Assembly: GCF_009914755.1 (NCBI RefSeq)
Contig: NC_060936.1
Origin: the human T2T-CHM13v2.0 reference genome, Homo sapiens
Strand: one strand, 5' to 3'
DNA length: 64,000 bases
The translations under genes and the position numbers were made by a program. Positions 27,271 through 42,072 of the stretch are shown piece by piece (the stretch's first letter is position 1; the number at the start of each line of letters is the position of its first letter). The notes beneath the pieces are model-generated. The model saw nothing but the letters and a program-made list of their open reading frames with translations, had not been told where the DNA came from and did not search any database.

Positions 27271-27975
27271 CTATTATTAAAAAATAGAAAAAGATTTTGG
27301 TGGGGTTGCAGAGAAAAGAGAATATTTACACATTCTTGATGGTAGTGTAAATTAGTTCAGCCATTGTGAAAAATAGTGTGGCAATTCCTCTAAGAATTTG
27401 AAACAGAATTAACATTCAACCCAGCAATGCCATTACTGGATGTATACCAACAGGAATATAATTAATTCTACCATAAAGACACATGCACGAGTATGTTTAT
27501 TGCAGCACTATTCACAATAGCAAAAACATAGTGTCAACCTAAATGCCCATCAGTGATAGAATGTATAAAGAAAATGTGGTACATATACACCATGGAATAC
27601 TATGCAGCTATAAAAAGAATAAAATAATGTCCTTCGCAACAGTGTGGGTGGAATTGAAGACTATTATCCTTACCAAACTAATGCAGGTACAGAAAACCAA
27701 ATGCTACTTGTTCTCATTTATAAGTAAGAACTAAATAACAAGAACACATGGACACAAAGTGGGGAACAACAGACCCTTGGGCCTACTCGAGGGTGGAAAG
27801 TTGGAGGAGCAAGAGGATCAGAAAACATGCCTATTGAGCACAATGCTTACCACATGTGTGATAAAATAGTCTGTAAACCAAACACTGTGACACAAGTTTA
27901 CCTATATACAAAACCTGCACATGTACCTCTGCACTAAAATAATAAAAAAAAACTTAAAAAACTAAAAAAAAAGTA
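27271..27975 (+). mobile_element. L1PA15-like 3' end with A-rich tail
   Basis: ORF2 C-terminal region and 3'UTR (gaggatcagaaaa...aaacctgcacatgtacc), A-rich tail at ~27935-27975. Confidence 0.88.
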
Positions 27976-29609
27976 AAACTTAGAAAAGTCACGATGTTGC
28001 TACTTCTATTAAGATCCAGAGGCTTATGAAGATTAATATTGCCTTTACGTTTTCTAAAATAATAGATCATTTAAAATGAAGAATAAAGATAAGTTATAAA
28101 ATCCCTGTTAAACATTCCTGGTTAGACCTAGTATGAATTTTAAGAAATTAAGTTTCCTAAAGATGAGAGATCACCAATTAATTCATCTACAGTGGTGATA
28201 TTAACATAAACTGACTTGTTTAAAGAACCAGTGTAAGTTCAGGAACTTTTCACAAAGTGTCCAAGGTTTTTTATGTTATCAAGATGTTATCATAGAGAAC
28301 TATGAAGCCAGAAAGTCGGTAGTCTGGGAAATATTATAAGTTTTAGGACTGAATGGCATAGCACAGTGACTGGCAAGGTGGAATGTAAGTTATATTATTG
28401 GTCAACCAATTAGCTTAAACCTGGTACTGATCAATCTTTCTAAGTCTTGGGTCATAAACTAATGGAATTCACATATCCTTGCCTACAAGTAGTCTTCTTC
28501 TTCCTGGAAAACTTTAAAATGATAAACATGGGACTTTATGTAGACAGAGTAGTCAATTATTTCATCAATAGGTGATAATAGACATGGTGGCTAGATTACT
28601 ATCACACCCAGAGAACACATTTTTAAATTCTACATAATCCAATTACTCAGTCTTCAGTTGTTATTTTATTTCTTCTGTGTGTGTGACCATGCCTTAGAGT
28701 TTTTCGGCACAGTTAGACATATACTATTCTTGTCAGGGGCATGATCATCATGTGAAATTCTGTGCCTCAGAGTCACTTGTTAGGGAAAAATTAATGCTAC
28801 ATCTGGGTGCTGAGTACCTAACCTTTTTAGAATTGTTTAGGGTCGGGTAATTGAAAAGAAGTAATTGTCTTTATGGATCCTGATTTTGCAAACTAGAAGA
28901 TCCATCAAGGCGTCTTCTTGAGGAGAACTGATCTGAAAAAGGTGTATTCAACATCATTTCTGAGAATAAGTAGACTGTAGTGAGACACCCATGTTAGACC
29001 CCACTTATGGTACTTAATCCTCTTGTAATTTCTTTTTCAACAGCCTTACTTCTGTCTATCCTAAGTAGGCCTATCCTTTATTTTCTCCTAAGATTCCTCC
29101 ATCAGAAGTGAGGTTTTTACTTCACATTATTCACTTACTATTACGACTTAAGAAGATTAAAGGGATTACTGGCTCAAATGAGATTTGTCTTACTTAAGAA
29201 GTCAGATATATTAGTACTAGAAAATATATGCATATAATATACCCACATACTATATAATATATATGTATATGGTTATATATATTATATAGTTTTTGTGTGA
29301 TTGTATGTCAATGTATGTATGACTCTAGATTTTAATTGTTTTATAAAATCCAATGTATTAAAGCAGCCATTCCATACAAGAACATAATTAATATTATTCT
29401 CACTTCTTTTTCCTATGAAATATAATTGCAATGTATTTTGTGGAAATTCCTAAATTAGATCTACTCAATTACTACTTCTATTCACCTGGGTTGTTTGACA
29501 AGTTGTCAACCACTGGATAAAATTTTCATCTATTTAAATAGTCTAGGCATTGATCTAAACAATATTATATACAATTTTCATTGTATTTCATGAACTATAT
29601 GTACTAGAT

Positions 29610-29970
29610 TGAAGTATTTTCAAAATATTTGCTGTCCCTTCTATTCAGCCCCTCCTTATGGGAGAATATTTACTACATCATGGATACCAGGCTTAAGCCC
29701 ATTATTTGCTTTGCCCATGGATCTGTTGAAAGTGTTATGTGGAACTTCCGAGCATAAGCTTTAAGAGTCATTGAATGGCATCATCATGTCTCTTTTCCCT
29801 TAGTCATGAACTGGGCAATGTTTCAGATATGGCCTGCTCTGTCAGACTAGTTCTGCAGTGAAGTACACATGGAACAGAGACTTAGGAGAAGTAAATATCT
29901 ATTATTGTGTAAGCCACCAAGATTTGAACCTCAATAATTTTTTTTAAATCACAGCATGACTTAGCCCAAA
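29610..29970 (+). mobile_element. MLT1J-like solo LTR
   Basis: ttgctttgcccatgg...aagctttaagagtca...taagccaccaagattt...acagcatgacttagcc. Confidence 0.65.
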
Positions 29971-30134
29971 ATTTATAGATATTTTCTAAAATAATGTAAT
30001 AATGATGTCATTTATTTGCTTCTGTTATGCAACACACTGGTATTAAGTATACAAAAAATAAAATGATCCTGTGTTAATTCTAATGTCATGTAGTAACTGT
30101 TAGACATAAAATTGGTTAATATTTAGAGCTCTGG

Positions 30135-30630
30135 CTTTCCATACAGTGCTATGGGAATGTAAGTTACTGCAACATTTTTAAAGGCTAATTTTCTATATAC
30201 ATAATGTATTAAAATTCTTACAATTTCTGATATAGTAATCCTACTTTAAAGAAAAAAATAACAAAACACACAAAACATATGCAGAGAAAGGGTCATTTTA
30301 CATAAGAATAAAAGATGATTGAAACAGTCTAAATTTGAAAAGTAGAAGATTGGTAAAAATAAATCATCACCCATAAAGTGAAATATTACACTGGCATTAA
30401 AATAATGTTGTAGGAATAGTTAATGGCAGCATTTTTTTAGATAAAATAGCATAACCAATTATAAATAATGCATGACCTAAATTTTTTACAAATTGTAAAC
30501 ATGTACACAGAGACTGAAGGAAATGAATCACCATTTTGACAATGGTTACTAGTGCATATTATACACTTTTAAATTTAACATGTATCACTATTAGACATGG
30601 AAAATTGTTATAAATTTCATTAAAAATAAA
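30135..30630 (+). mobile_element. Ancient L1 (L1ME-like) 3' end
   Basis: gggaatgtaagttactgcaacattttt...gaaatattacactggcattaaaataatgttgtag. Confidence 0.6.
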
Positions 30631-32244
30631 GTGCTAACAAAAATGAAATGAGGTAAGACTTTTTTATATACTTAAGATTTCAAAATGTTCTGTTAATATG
30701 GAAAACTCTTTCCTTGGTTTTCAGAGCACAATTTGTCTATATTTGTGTGTGAAGTATTAACTGTTATTGCATCACTCTCATCCTGACATCATATTTTAAT
30801 TTTACTTTTCTGGTATAGAAATTAGATAATGGTGTTGTTAAGTCAAGGAATTCCAATCTTTAAAGTTAGATGCAAGTATCTTAATTATATTCCCACTATC
30901 TCCTTTTCCAGCTAATGCAGAAATAGAGAACTCTTGATAATTAAATATTATCTAATCAATAATTCTAACTACACTGCGGATAATTATGTCCCAATATGAT
31001 TTCCTGTAAGATATCTCACAGATCATTGATAAACAGCTAAGAAGAAAAAAATCAGGGGATTAACACTCATTATAGCAAAGTGGTTTGCTATTAAATTAAT
31101 TGAGTAAAATGTAATTGGATTATGTACGTTCTTCAACAGCTACTAGAGTTTAAACTTTAATTAAATTGTCATAGTCCTCATTCAAAAATGAATGTTTGAG
31201 CATAAACTATTTTTAAACAACAAGAATACCAGAATATTAATCAGGGCAGCCTATACCAATAACCTCAACTTGAAAGCTCTATCAGAATGATTAGTAACCA
31301 ATTTTCCACACTAAAAAATCATTGGGAAAAAGTGTTGAGTGCTAATAATCATTTATAGGCTTTTCAAATATTATTACTTGATAGGAAGTCAATTAGCATT
31401 GACTAAGAAAACTCATTCTTAAACAATTAGCCAGATTGCAGGTATTAAAGAAAGCCTAGATTTTTAATATTGCCAGAAAATTTTTAGAGCCAGAATTTTC
31501 CAGCTAATAAACCAAAATAATATTTTATCAAGTCCTTCTATATCTACCATGAAAGACATTCTAGATATGTGATATTTTATGCCAACCTCATTCCATAGGT
31601 TTTCTAAAATAAAAATGAATAAATAATAATGAATATAATATTATATGTAAAATAGTGCATATCTATACATATTTACATGCGTATATACATGCACACACAT
31701 ATGTTCATGCATCTACATATAGACAGACACATACATATACACATATCATATAGAACATCTTATGCAGCTCTGGCAGCTACTTCAAGACTGTAAGTTAGAT
31801 TACCGAAGATTTCTCAGGAAAAGACAAGTAATTCTTTTTTGCTTTTGATATCCTAATTATGCCCTGCACAAAACTAGTAAAAATAAAAAATTCCCTCATT
31901 CAAACAAAAAAATTGTCGGTGAGAACTGAAGGTTAGAATTTGAGTTTTCTGACTTTAAGATTTCTTAATGTAGTATATAAACTATCCTTAGAATATGCCG
32001 CTTTTATCTTCTTTTTGAGAAATGCTTGCTGAAATGACCCTCAAAATGCTCTACTTCAGATTTTTAAAAATTATTTTGGGTTACTTTTAATTTAAACCAA
32101 AGACTTTCTTTAGCTCTTTAGGAGCTTTGCAAATTTAGATTATCAGCCTTTTATGTGAGTATTTTAAATACAGATTTTTATAGCTTTACTCTTACTCTAT
32201 GTCAGAATTATTATTTGTATTTTATGATGTTTCGTTTTCATTTT

Positions 32245-32672
32245 TTAAAATTTATTATTTTAATTTACCCATATTTGTACATATTTAAGGGGTGTAGGGA
32301 TGTTTCAATAAATACAATGCATAGTGATCAGATCAGTGTAGTTAGTATATCCATCATCTCAAACATTTATCATTTCTTTGTGTTGATAACATTCAATATC
32401 CTCTATTCTAGCTATTTAAAATTTATATATTATGGTTAACTATAGTAACCGTACAGTGCTATAGAAAACTACAATGTATTCCTCCAAACTAGCCACATTT
32501 TGCATCCCTTAAGAAATTTCTCCCTATCCCCTCCCCCTTTCCTCTACCTTTCCCAGCCTCTAGTAACCTCTGTTCTACATTTTACATCCATGAAATTAAC
32601 TTTTTTTCTTTAGCTCCCACATATAAGCAAGAACATGGAGTATTTAACGTTCTGTTTCTGGCATATTTCACA
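32245..32672 (-). mobile_element. L1MA3/4-like 3'UTR fragment
   Basis: Homologous to 430-830 (catcatctcaaacatttatcatttctttgtg). Confidence 0.85.
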
Positions 32673-33369
32673 ACTTTTATTTTAAAATGGGAGCAAACAA
32701 AATTAAGAAACTACATTTCTATTTCTTATCATTTTATGCTGTGTAGGTTATCTTCATTATTTCATTCATTTCTCATGGTAATGCTAAGAAAAAGTTATTT
32801 CCTTTTAAAGTGTGATAACTATAGTTAAAAAACCTCAGTATTTTATTTAAGGTCACACAGATAGTAGATGAGAATATGTCTCGAAGTCCTGATTAAGACT
32901 GCTCCAAGCCTAACATGGGCTGGGGAGTGGGTAGAGGGAAGAGGCTGGAAATCTTCTTTTCTTTAATTAGTTCCCCACAGGCAGTTCCTCTACCTCAAAG
33001 CAAATCCGCTGGATTGACCCTTACCACACTCTTTGATCCTAAACTTAATTTAGAAAGATTGACAGTCCTAGGTTTTAAATTAACTTGTCACATAACTTAG
33101 GATACCTGGCAGTGAAATTAATGGTTAAAAATAAAACTAGTCTTAAAGGCAATTTATGTAAATTAAAAAAATGCTGTCAAATACAGAGAAATTTTTACAC
33201 ACAATAACAGAGGAGTGTCAAAAGTGTGTGATCATTTCATGTAGGCTGAGAGAAATTGAAGTTTTTACTGGCAATTATTAAGGTCTTAGTAAATATTCAG
33301 GAAATAACATATTGTAAGGCTGTTACATAATATCATTAACTTTAGGTAAATATAAATCACACCTATAAG

Positions 33370-33730
33370 CAGTTTTATTTATTCATTTATTCTGTAACTT
33401 TTTGTTGACCAATTGCTTTGGGCCAGACAACGAGCAAGGCATGAAAAATTCAAAGGTGCTTATAACATGACATGTAATTTGAGGGTCTCACAATAGAGAT
33501 GAAAAAAGATGCAAGCCATCAGATCCTAGTAATATTATATGATAAATGCTCTAATAGTGCTAGAATCAGAGGCTTATGGAATTCGAAATTCATAAAACCT
33601 GAGGAAATCAGAAAAGGCTTCACTAAGGAAGTTGTGTTTTAAATAGTTATGGGTAAATCAGCAGATGTTTGTAATGTAAACAATTATTTGAGGAGTTCGG
33701 TATTTTTTGAAAGGAAATGTAATTCTAGAT
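33370..33730 (-). mobile_element. L2 fragment
   Basis: attcatttattc...gaggaaatcagaaaaggcttcactaaggaag. Confidence 0.6.
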
Positions 33731-34384
33731 ATACCATTATCGCTTGATAAGAGATCTCTTTTTCAGTTTTATATAATTATTATTAGATGATCATGAGGAG
33801 GAGGAAGATGATGGTGATCATGGTGGTCATGGTAGTGATTATAATGAGAATAATTGTGATTATATGATGATATCTTACTATGGAATAATCAAGTTATAAT
33901 TTGTTAAACATAATTGAGAGCCAACTGGAAGTGTGAATTCTTACTTTTTTTTGAAAAAAGAAATTCATAATGCTGAATCTTAAAGAAAAAAATAGTTCTA
34001 TCTATGTACACTTTAATGTCTTTGAATAAAAAGTAGTCCTTTCAATTAAAAAGAAATCATTCTTCTACAGTGAGTGTAAATTTCAAAAAAGATAACAAAA
34101 AGAAGGAAATTCATGTTAATCCAAAAAAGATACATCAAACTTGGGCATCAGTGAGATGATGGTGATTACGGCCAATCTACACTAATGTCAAAATGCCTAC
34201 CCTAATTTATGTACTCAGTAAGCTTAGTGGTGTGAGAAAAGTTTACATATGATTATTTCAAATAATCAATTACAGGCTTTCTAAAGGGATTTTAAGAATA
34301 ATGAAACAGAGATGAAGGAAGTGAGAACTTTATGTGGAAAATAACATGGGCCACTTTATACGGCCTTTTTTTTTTTTTTCCTTA

Positions 34385-34561
<177 letters not shown>

Positions 34562-34869
34562 TCATTTCACACAAGGTAGGTCATAAAATACAACAGTACA
34601 AATACGCTAGAATGCTTAAGATTGAGCCATTTTGAAATCAAATTAACATGTTATTAGAATTAAAATAACAAATGAATTTGAGCCTATTTCTAGAAAAAGA
34701 TGCCACAAGGTAACAAATACTAAAGTTAACAAGTTGGAGTCTTTAATAAAAGTAAGTAAATGCTTTGATTCTTTAACGTTACCTGCATTAACTTCTGTAA
34801 TAAATGACTACATGCCATGGAACTGTTAAGCATTATTGTTGTCCTCTATGTGTTTGATAGTTCATATTC

Positions 34870-35925
34870 TAGGTTGCCACCTAGATATTTTTGGTGAAGT
34901 ATCTATTCAAACATGTTGCCCAGTTTTTATTGGGTTAATCTCCTATTGAATATTGACATTTCTTTATATAGTCCTGTTACAAAACTTTCATCACACACAA
35001 GATTTGCAAATATTTTCTCTCAGTCTATAACTTCTCTTTTCATTGTCTTTTCAGTGCTTTTTGAAGTGCTGAAAATTTTAAGTTTTATGAAGCCCAATTT
35101 ACAATGTTTTTATTTTATAAATTATGCACTTGTTGTTAGATATAAAAAAACTTTGCGTAACCCAAGGTCCTAAGGATTTTATATTATTTTTTTCCTAGAA
35201 GTTTTATAGAGTTTGTTTTAAATTTAAGTTTAAGACAATTATTGAGTCAATTTTTGCATATGGTGAGGTATGGGTCAAAGTTCAGGGGTTTTTGTTGATA
35301 TGTTGCCTTTTATGATATAAGTGCTTGGCACTCTAAATTTTTTTCTGTGTATCACCTTATTTGTGCATGAAACTTGTTATGATGTTTCTTCCATTTTATT
35401 AAGTTTAAAATACTTTCTAATGTCCCTTTTAATTTTTTCTTGACCCATGGGTTATTTATGTTATTTAGTTTCTGTAAGTTTGGAAGTTTTCCAGATACCT
35501 TTCTGTTACTGACTTCTAAATTAAATCCCTTGTGTTTAGAGAACATGCTTTGGGTTACTTGAGATATTTTAAATGTATTGTTTTCCTTATTTGATGGACC
35601 ATAATATAGACTATCCTGGTGGATTATCCAAATGCATGTAAATGTGTACTCTGTTGTTGCCTGGAATGTTCTATAAATGCCATTTAGGTCAACATGGTTT
35701 ATTCAAGTATTATTCAAGTCAATGTTCTTGCTGATTTTTGGTCTACTTGTTCTATAAGCTATTGGGGGATGGATGTTTAAATGCTGAAATATGCTTGTAA
35801 ATTTGTCTGTTGCTCCTTGAAGTTTATTGAGTTTGGCCTTCATACATTTGAAAGCTATTAAGTGTAGGGACATTTAAGATTGTTTGGACTCTCGATTAAT
35901 TGACCATTTTATCAATATAAAATGA
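34870..35925 (-). mobile_element. Old L1M ORF2 fragments (continuing in pieces at ~36745-36805, 37903-37970 and 38660-38850)
   Basis: tttgcaaatattttctc, cccaaggtc, ttgacccatgggttattta, ttctataaatgccatttaggtc L1M motifs. Confidence 0.7.
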
Positions 35926-35969
35926 CATATATATATATTTATACACATATACATGTGTTATTTTGAACT

Positions 35970-36010
<41 letters not shown>

Positions 36011-36387
36011 CTCTCAGTCTATAACTTGTCTTTTCATTGTCTTTTCAGCGCTTTTTGAAGTGCTGAAAATTTTGTTTTATGAAGCCCAATTTACAATGTT
36101 TTTATTTTATAAATTATGCACTTGTTGTTAAATATAAAAAAACTTTGCATAACCCAAGGTCCTAAGGATTTTATATTATTTTTTCTAGAAGTTTTATAGA
36201 TTTTGTTTTAAATTTAAGTTTAAGACAATTATTGAGTCAATTTTTGCATACAGTGACAAGTTATAGACTAAGAGAAAATATTTGCATATATATATGTGTG
36301 TATATATGCAGTTCAAAATAGTATATATATACATATATATATATAAAGTTTTAGAGCAAAGTATATACGTGTGTGTGTGTGTGTGTG
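35925..36387. repeat. Compound (TA)n/(TG)n tract containing templated copies of neighbouring DNA
   Basis: Pure (AT)n at 35972-36006. 36004-36256 is a direct copy of 35010-35266. (GT)n at 36369-36389. Confidence 0.95.
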
Positions 36388-36730
36388 TGCCTTAGTTCAT
36401 TTGGGCTGCTATAAAAAATACCATGCACTGAGTGACATGAATAACAGAAATTTATTTCTCATAGTTCTGAAAGTTGAGAAGTCCAAGATCAATGCACCAG
36501 CAGATTCAGTGTCTGGTGACAGCCCCTTTCTGTCTGGTGTCAGTACATTCTTCCTGGTGCCCCCACTTGATGGAAGTGGTAGGGTGGCTCTCTGGGAAGC
36601 TTTTATAATAGCATTAATCCCATTCATAAGGGCAATCCTCCCTCATTACCTACTCATCTGCCAAAAGGCCCCGCTTCCTAATACTATTGCATTGGGATTA
36701 GGATTCAACACAAACATTCAAACCATAACA
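36388..36730 (-). mobile_element. MLT1A/MLT1A0 solo LTR
   Basis: cttagttcatttgggctgctataaaaaatacc...gtccaagatcaatgcaccagcagattcagtgtctggtga...aaacattcaaaccataaca. Confidence 0.85.
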
Positions 36731-36811
36731 ATATGTATGTATATATACTTTGCTCTGAAATTTATTTTGATAATTATAAAGCCAGTCGAGCTTTCATTAA
36801 GTGTTTAAATT

Positions 36812-37901
<1,090 letters not shown>

Positions 37902-37994
37902 ATATGGTATAATGTCCTCCATCCTTTACCTCATTGTCTCTATATTTAAAGTGGGTTTCTTATGGGTAATGTATGCATATGTGTATAGTTTACT

Positions 37995-38495
37995 ATAAGA
38001 GACACATCATGGCTATAAGATTAATAATAGTTATAAGGTCCACTCAAGTGTCTCACAGAGCTGATACTACATGTCACTTAGCAGTTTGATGCAACCTAGC
38101 CCATGGATTTTCAGAAAACAAGCCACCTCAGCACAGATGCAAGCCTCATAAACCTTAAAGCAAATCTTACCCTTACAAGAATAGCTTAAACACCCTTTGT
38201 TAAAAAAAAACCTGCTAACTGATTAGGACTGAATATGATATAAGAAAGAGGAAAGAATCTCCCAAACTCTGAAAATAGTCTCCAGTAAGAGGTCCTGCCT
38301 GTCAGTGGGTTACCTGATGCCGTGTCTGTATCTGTCCCACTGGCCTGCCCACACTTTCTACCTTGTAGAAGTGCTACCGCAATAAACTGAGTATCAGAAG
38401 CTGCCTAAGACTCATTTCTGATGTGAATTGGACTAAAAGAGAGAAGTTGCTTCCGGGTAAGCTGGTTAACTAGGACCCCCCAAGACCTCCAAACA
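37995..38495 (+). mobile_element. Solo ERV LTR (LTR32-like)
   Basis: ~500 bp with TATAA-like motif at ~38238, AATAAA at 38381 and a CA terminus; family from recall only. Confidence 0.5.
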
Positions 38496-38509
38496 TGATA
38501 GTGTGTCTC

Positions 38510-38651
38510 TGTGTGTGTGTGTGTGTGTGTGTGTATGTATATATACACGTATATATATGTATATATATACGTATATATGTATATATGTATACGTATATAT
38601 GTACATATATATACATATACATATACATACACACACACACATATATATATA
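38510..38651. repeat. (TG)n-(TA/CG)-(CA)n alternating purine-pyrimidine quasi-palindrome
   Basis: Direct reading. Confidence 0.95.
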
Positions 38652-38864
38652 AAGCATTTATGTATATATAAAATGCTTTTTATTCCCAGTTGACAATGAA
38701 TCTCTGGTTTTTAGCATAGGTTGTGATTTATATTCATTGTGATTATCCACATGGTTTTGTCTAAATCTAGCTCTTCCTCTCGTCCTATCTCTTCTTTGCT
38801 CTCTTTTTATTTCTTCTGCCTTCCTATACATTAATTGAGTTTATTTATGATTGTATTCTTCTAG

Positions 38865-39870
38865 ATTTCTATTGTGGTAAAAAATAACATAAAATTTAGC
38901 ATCTTAGCCATTTCTGAGCATCCAATAGTGCATTGTTAATTATGTTGTGCATTGTTGTGCAGTATATCTCTAATTTTCCAAAATTTAAACTCTATGGGAA
39001 CTTGAACAACAGTTTCCCATTTCCCTGCCCCTAGCCGTTGACAACCACCATTATACTTTCAGTTTGTAAGAGTTTGTATTTATAATTTTATATAAGTGGA
39101 ATCCTTCTGTATTTGTCTTTTTGTGACTGGTGTATTTCACTTAGTAAATGTTCTCAAGTTTCAATCACGTTGAAATATGACAAAATTTCTTTCATTTTAA
39201 AGGCTGAATAATATTCCATTGTATGTGTATAATATATTTGATTTCTCCACTCATTCATCAGTTTAATAGACATTTAGGTTGCTTCCATGTCTTGGCTATT
39301 GTGAATAATGCTGCAATGAAAATGGAGTACAGATCTCTTCAAGACTCTAATTTCAGTTCCTTTGGATCTTTAGCCAGAAGTGAGATTGCTGAATAATATG
39401 GCATTTCTATTTTTAATTTTTTAAATTATTTCTATACTGTTTCTATAGTGCATGTATCATTTTACATTCTCAACAACAGCACACAAGTGTTCCAGTGTTT
39501 CTATATTGTCCTTGCCAAACCATCCTAGTGGATGTGAAGTGAGTGGTATCTTATTTTAGTATTGATTTGCATTTCCTTAATGATTACTGATGTTGAGCAT
39601 CTTTTAATATACTTTTTGGCCACTTACATATCTTCTTTGGGGGAGTTTCTATTTAAGTAATATTCTCATTTTAAAAAATGGTTATTTGGATATTTTGTTG
39701 TTGATTTGTAGATATTCTGGGTATTAATCACTTAGTAGTTATATGAGTTGCATATATTTTCTCCCATTCCATAGCTTTATTTTCATTCTATTAATTTTTT
39801 TCTTTGCAGTGCAGAAGTTCTTAAGTTTTGCCTTAATCCATTTGGCTAGTTTTATTTTTGTTGCTTGCTG
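38865..39870 (-). mobile_element. L1MB-like 3' end
   Basis: attgtggtaaaaaataacataaaatttagcatcttagcc...acaaccaccatta...ggctattgtgaataatgctgc. Confidence 0.8.
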
Positions 39871-40299
39871 GTGCCAAGAAATCATTTCCACTCTAATAAA
39901 ATATCAGCCACCTTCACTCATATCATCATACACTGTCCCCTTATTGAATCCTACTTTTAAAGAATATTAATAACATTTATCATGAGCCTAAAAATCAAAT
40001 AATTGTGTGTCTGTTTGTTCAGAATCTGTTTTTTTTTTCCACTAAGAAGTACACTCAAAGGAAGAAGAAACATTTCCTGTTTTGCTCCATGTTGTATCTG
40101 CAGGGCCCAGAACAGAATAAATGACTACATCTTATATTCAAAATAACCCACTGAACATAATACTTCAAATCAGGCTATAGTTGAGACTAAGATTGAAAAA
40201 GTATAGCCCATAAGCTTCAATAGCATGATCTTGGGAACAATAGGAACAGCTTCATATATAAATAATTATAATTTAATTAAGAATCTAAATAATTACCAA

Positions 40300-41280
<981 letters not shown>

Positions 41281-41499
41281 AGATAAGATTTATTAGTCGA
41301 CAATTCTCCCTGAAACATCATATTTTTAAATACCTTGTATTTGCTTTTGTTCTATATTATCTCTTCATGTATTTGTATAGCAAACAACATTGGAGCATTA
41401 AAAAATAGTGTTCCCTCCAAGAGAGAGGGAAGAGTTTTTTTGCTGACAGAGATCCAGATAAGAAAGAACTATAGAGAAAAATTTATAGATCTTAAAAAT

Positions 41500-42072
41500 G
41501 TTCTCCTCAAGTAATTGGTTGAGTGCTGTTCAGTGCATGGATGTGAGAAAACTATGAGATAAGATAAAAAATATTTTTTAAAAATTGGAGGAAACAGTGT
41601 CACAGATAAATGGAAATACTGCCAGTTTCCACCAGCTAGAAAGTAAAAGCCTCATAATTCCATAATGAGGAGAAATAACAATCATTGAAACTGATCAAGA
41701 AATGATACACATGACAAAATTTTAGACAGAAACACTAAAATAGTTTTATAACTTTATTCCATATGTTCAAGAAACTAGAGTATATTTTGAATATGTGAAG
41801 ACATAGAAGATGTAAAAAAAATCCAAATCTGATTTCTATATATTGAAACTACAATGTATAATAAAGAAATATACAGGATAAGATTGAGAGAATATTAGGC
41901 ACTACAGAAAAGAATATTAGTACTGATATTTAAAATATATCAATAAACAATGCCAAAAATGAGAAAGGGAATTATAATTTTTATGGAAAAATAAACAGAG
42001 CTTCAGTGATTTGTACAATAACTTCAAGCGGTCAAATATTCATGACTATATGCTGCCTGTAAGAGATTCACT
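41500..42072 (+). mobile_element. Old L1M ORF1-region fragment
   Basis: ccatatgttcaagaaactagag...aacagagcttcagtgatttgtacaataacttcaagcggtc. Confidence 0.6.

Noticed and set aside
32245-32672. Similarity to 430-830 as a local duplication
   Set aside because: Divergence is high and similarity is confined to the L1MA 3'UTR, so these are independent insertions.
33785-33870. GAT/GAG/GGT-rich stretch as an acidic coding exon
   Set aside because: Degenerate trinucleotide low complexity with stops nearby and no clear splice context
38405-38693. Tyr/Ile/Val/His-rich ORFs (also 58775-59026 and 14497-14739)
   Set aside because: Translations of microsatellite or low-complexity DNA
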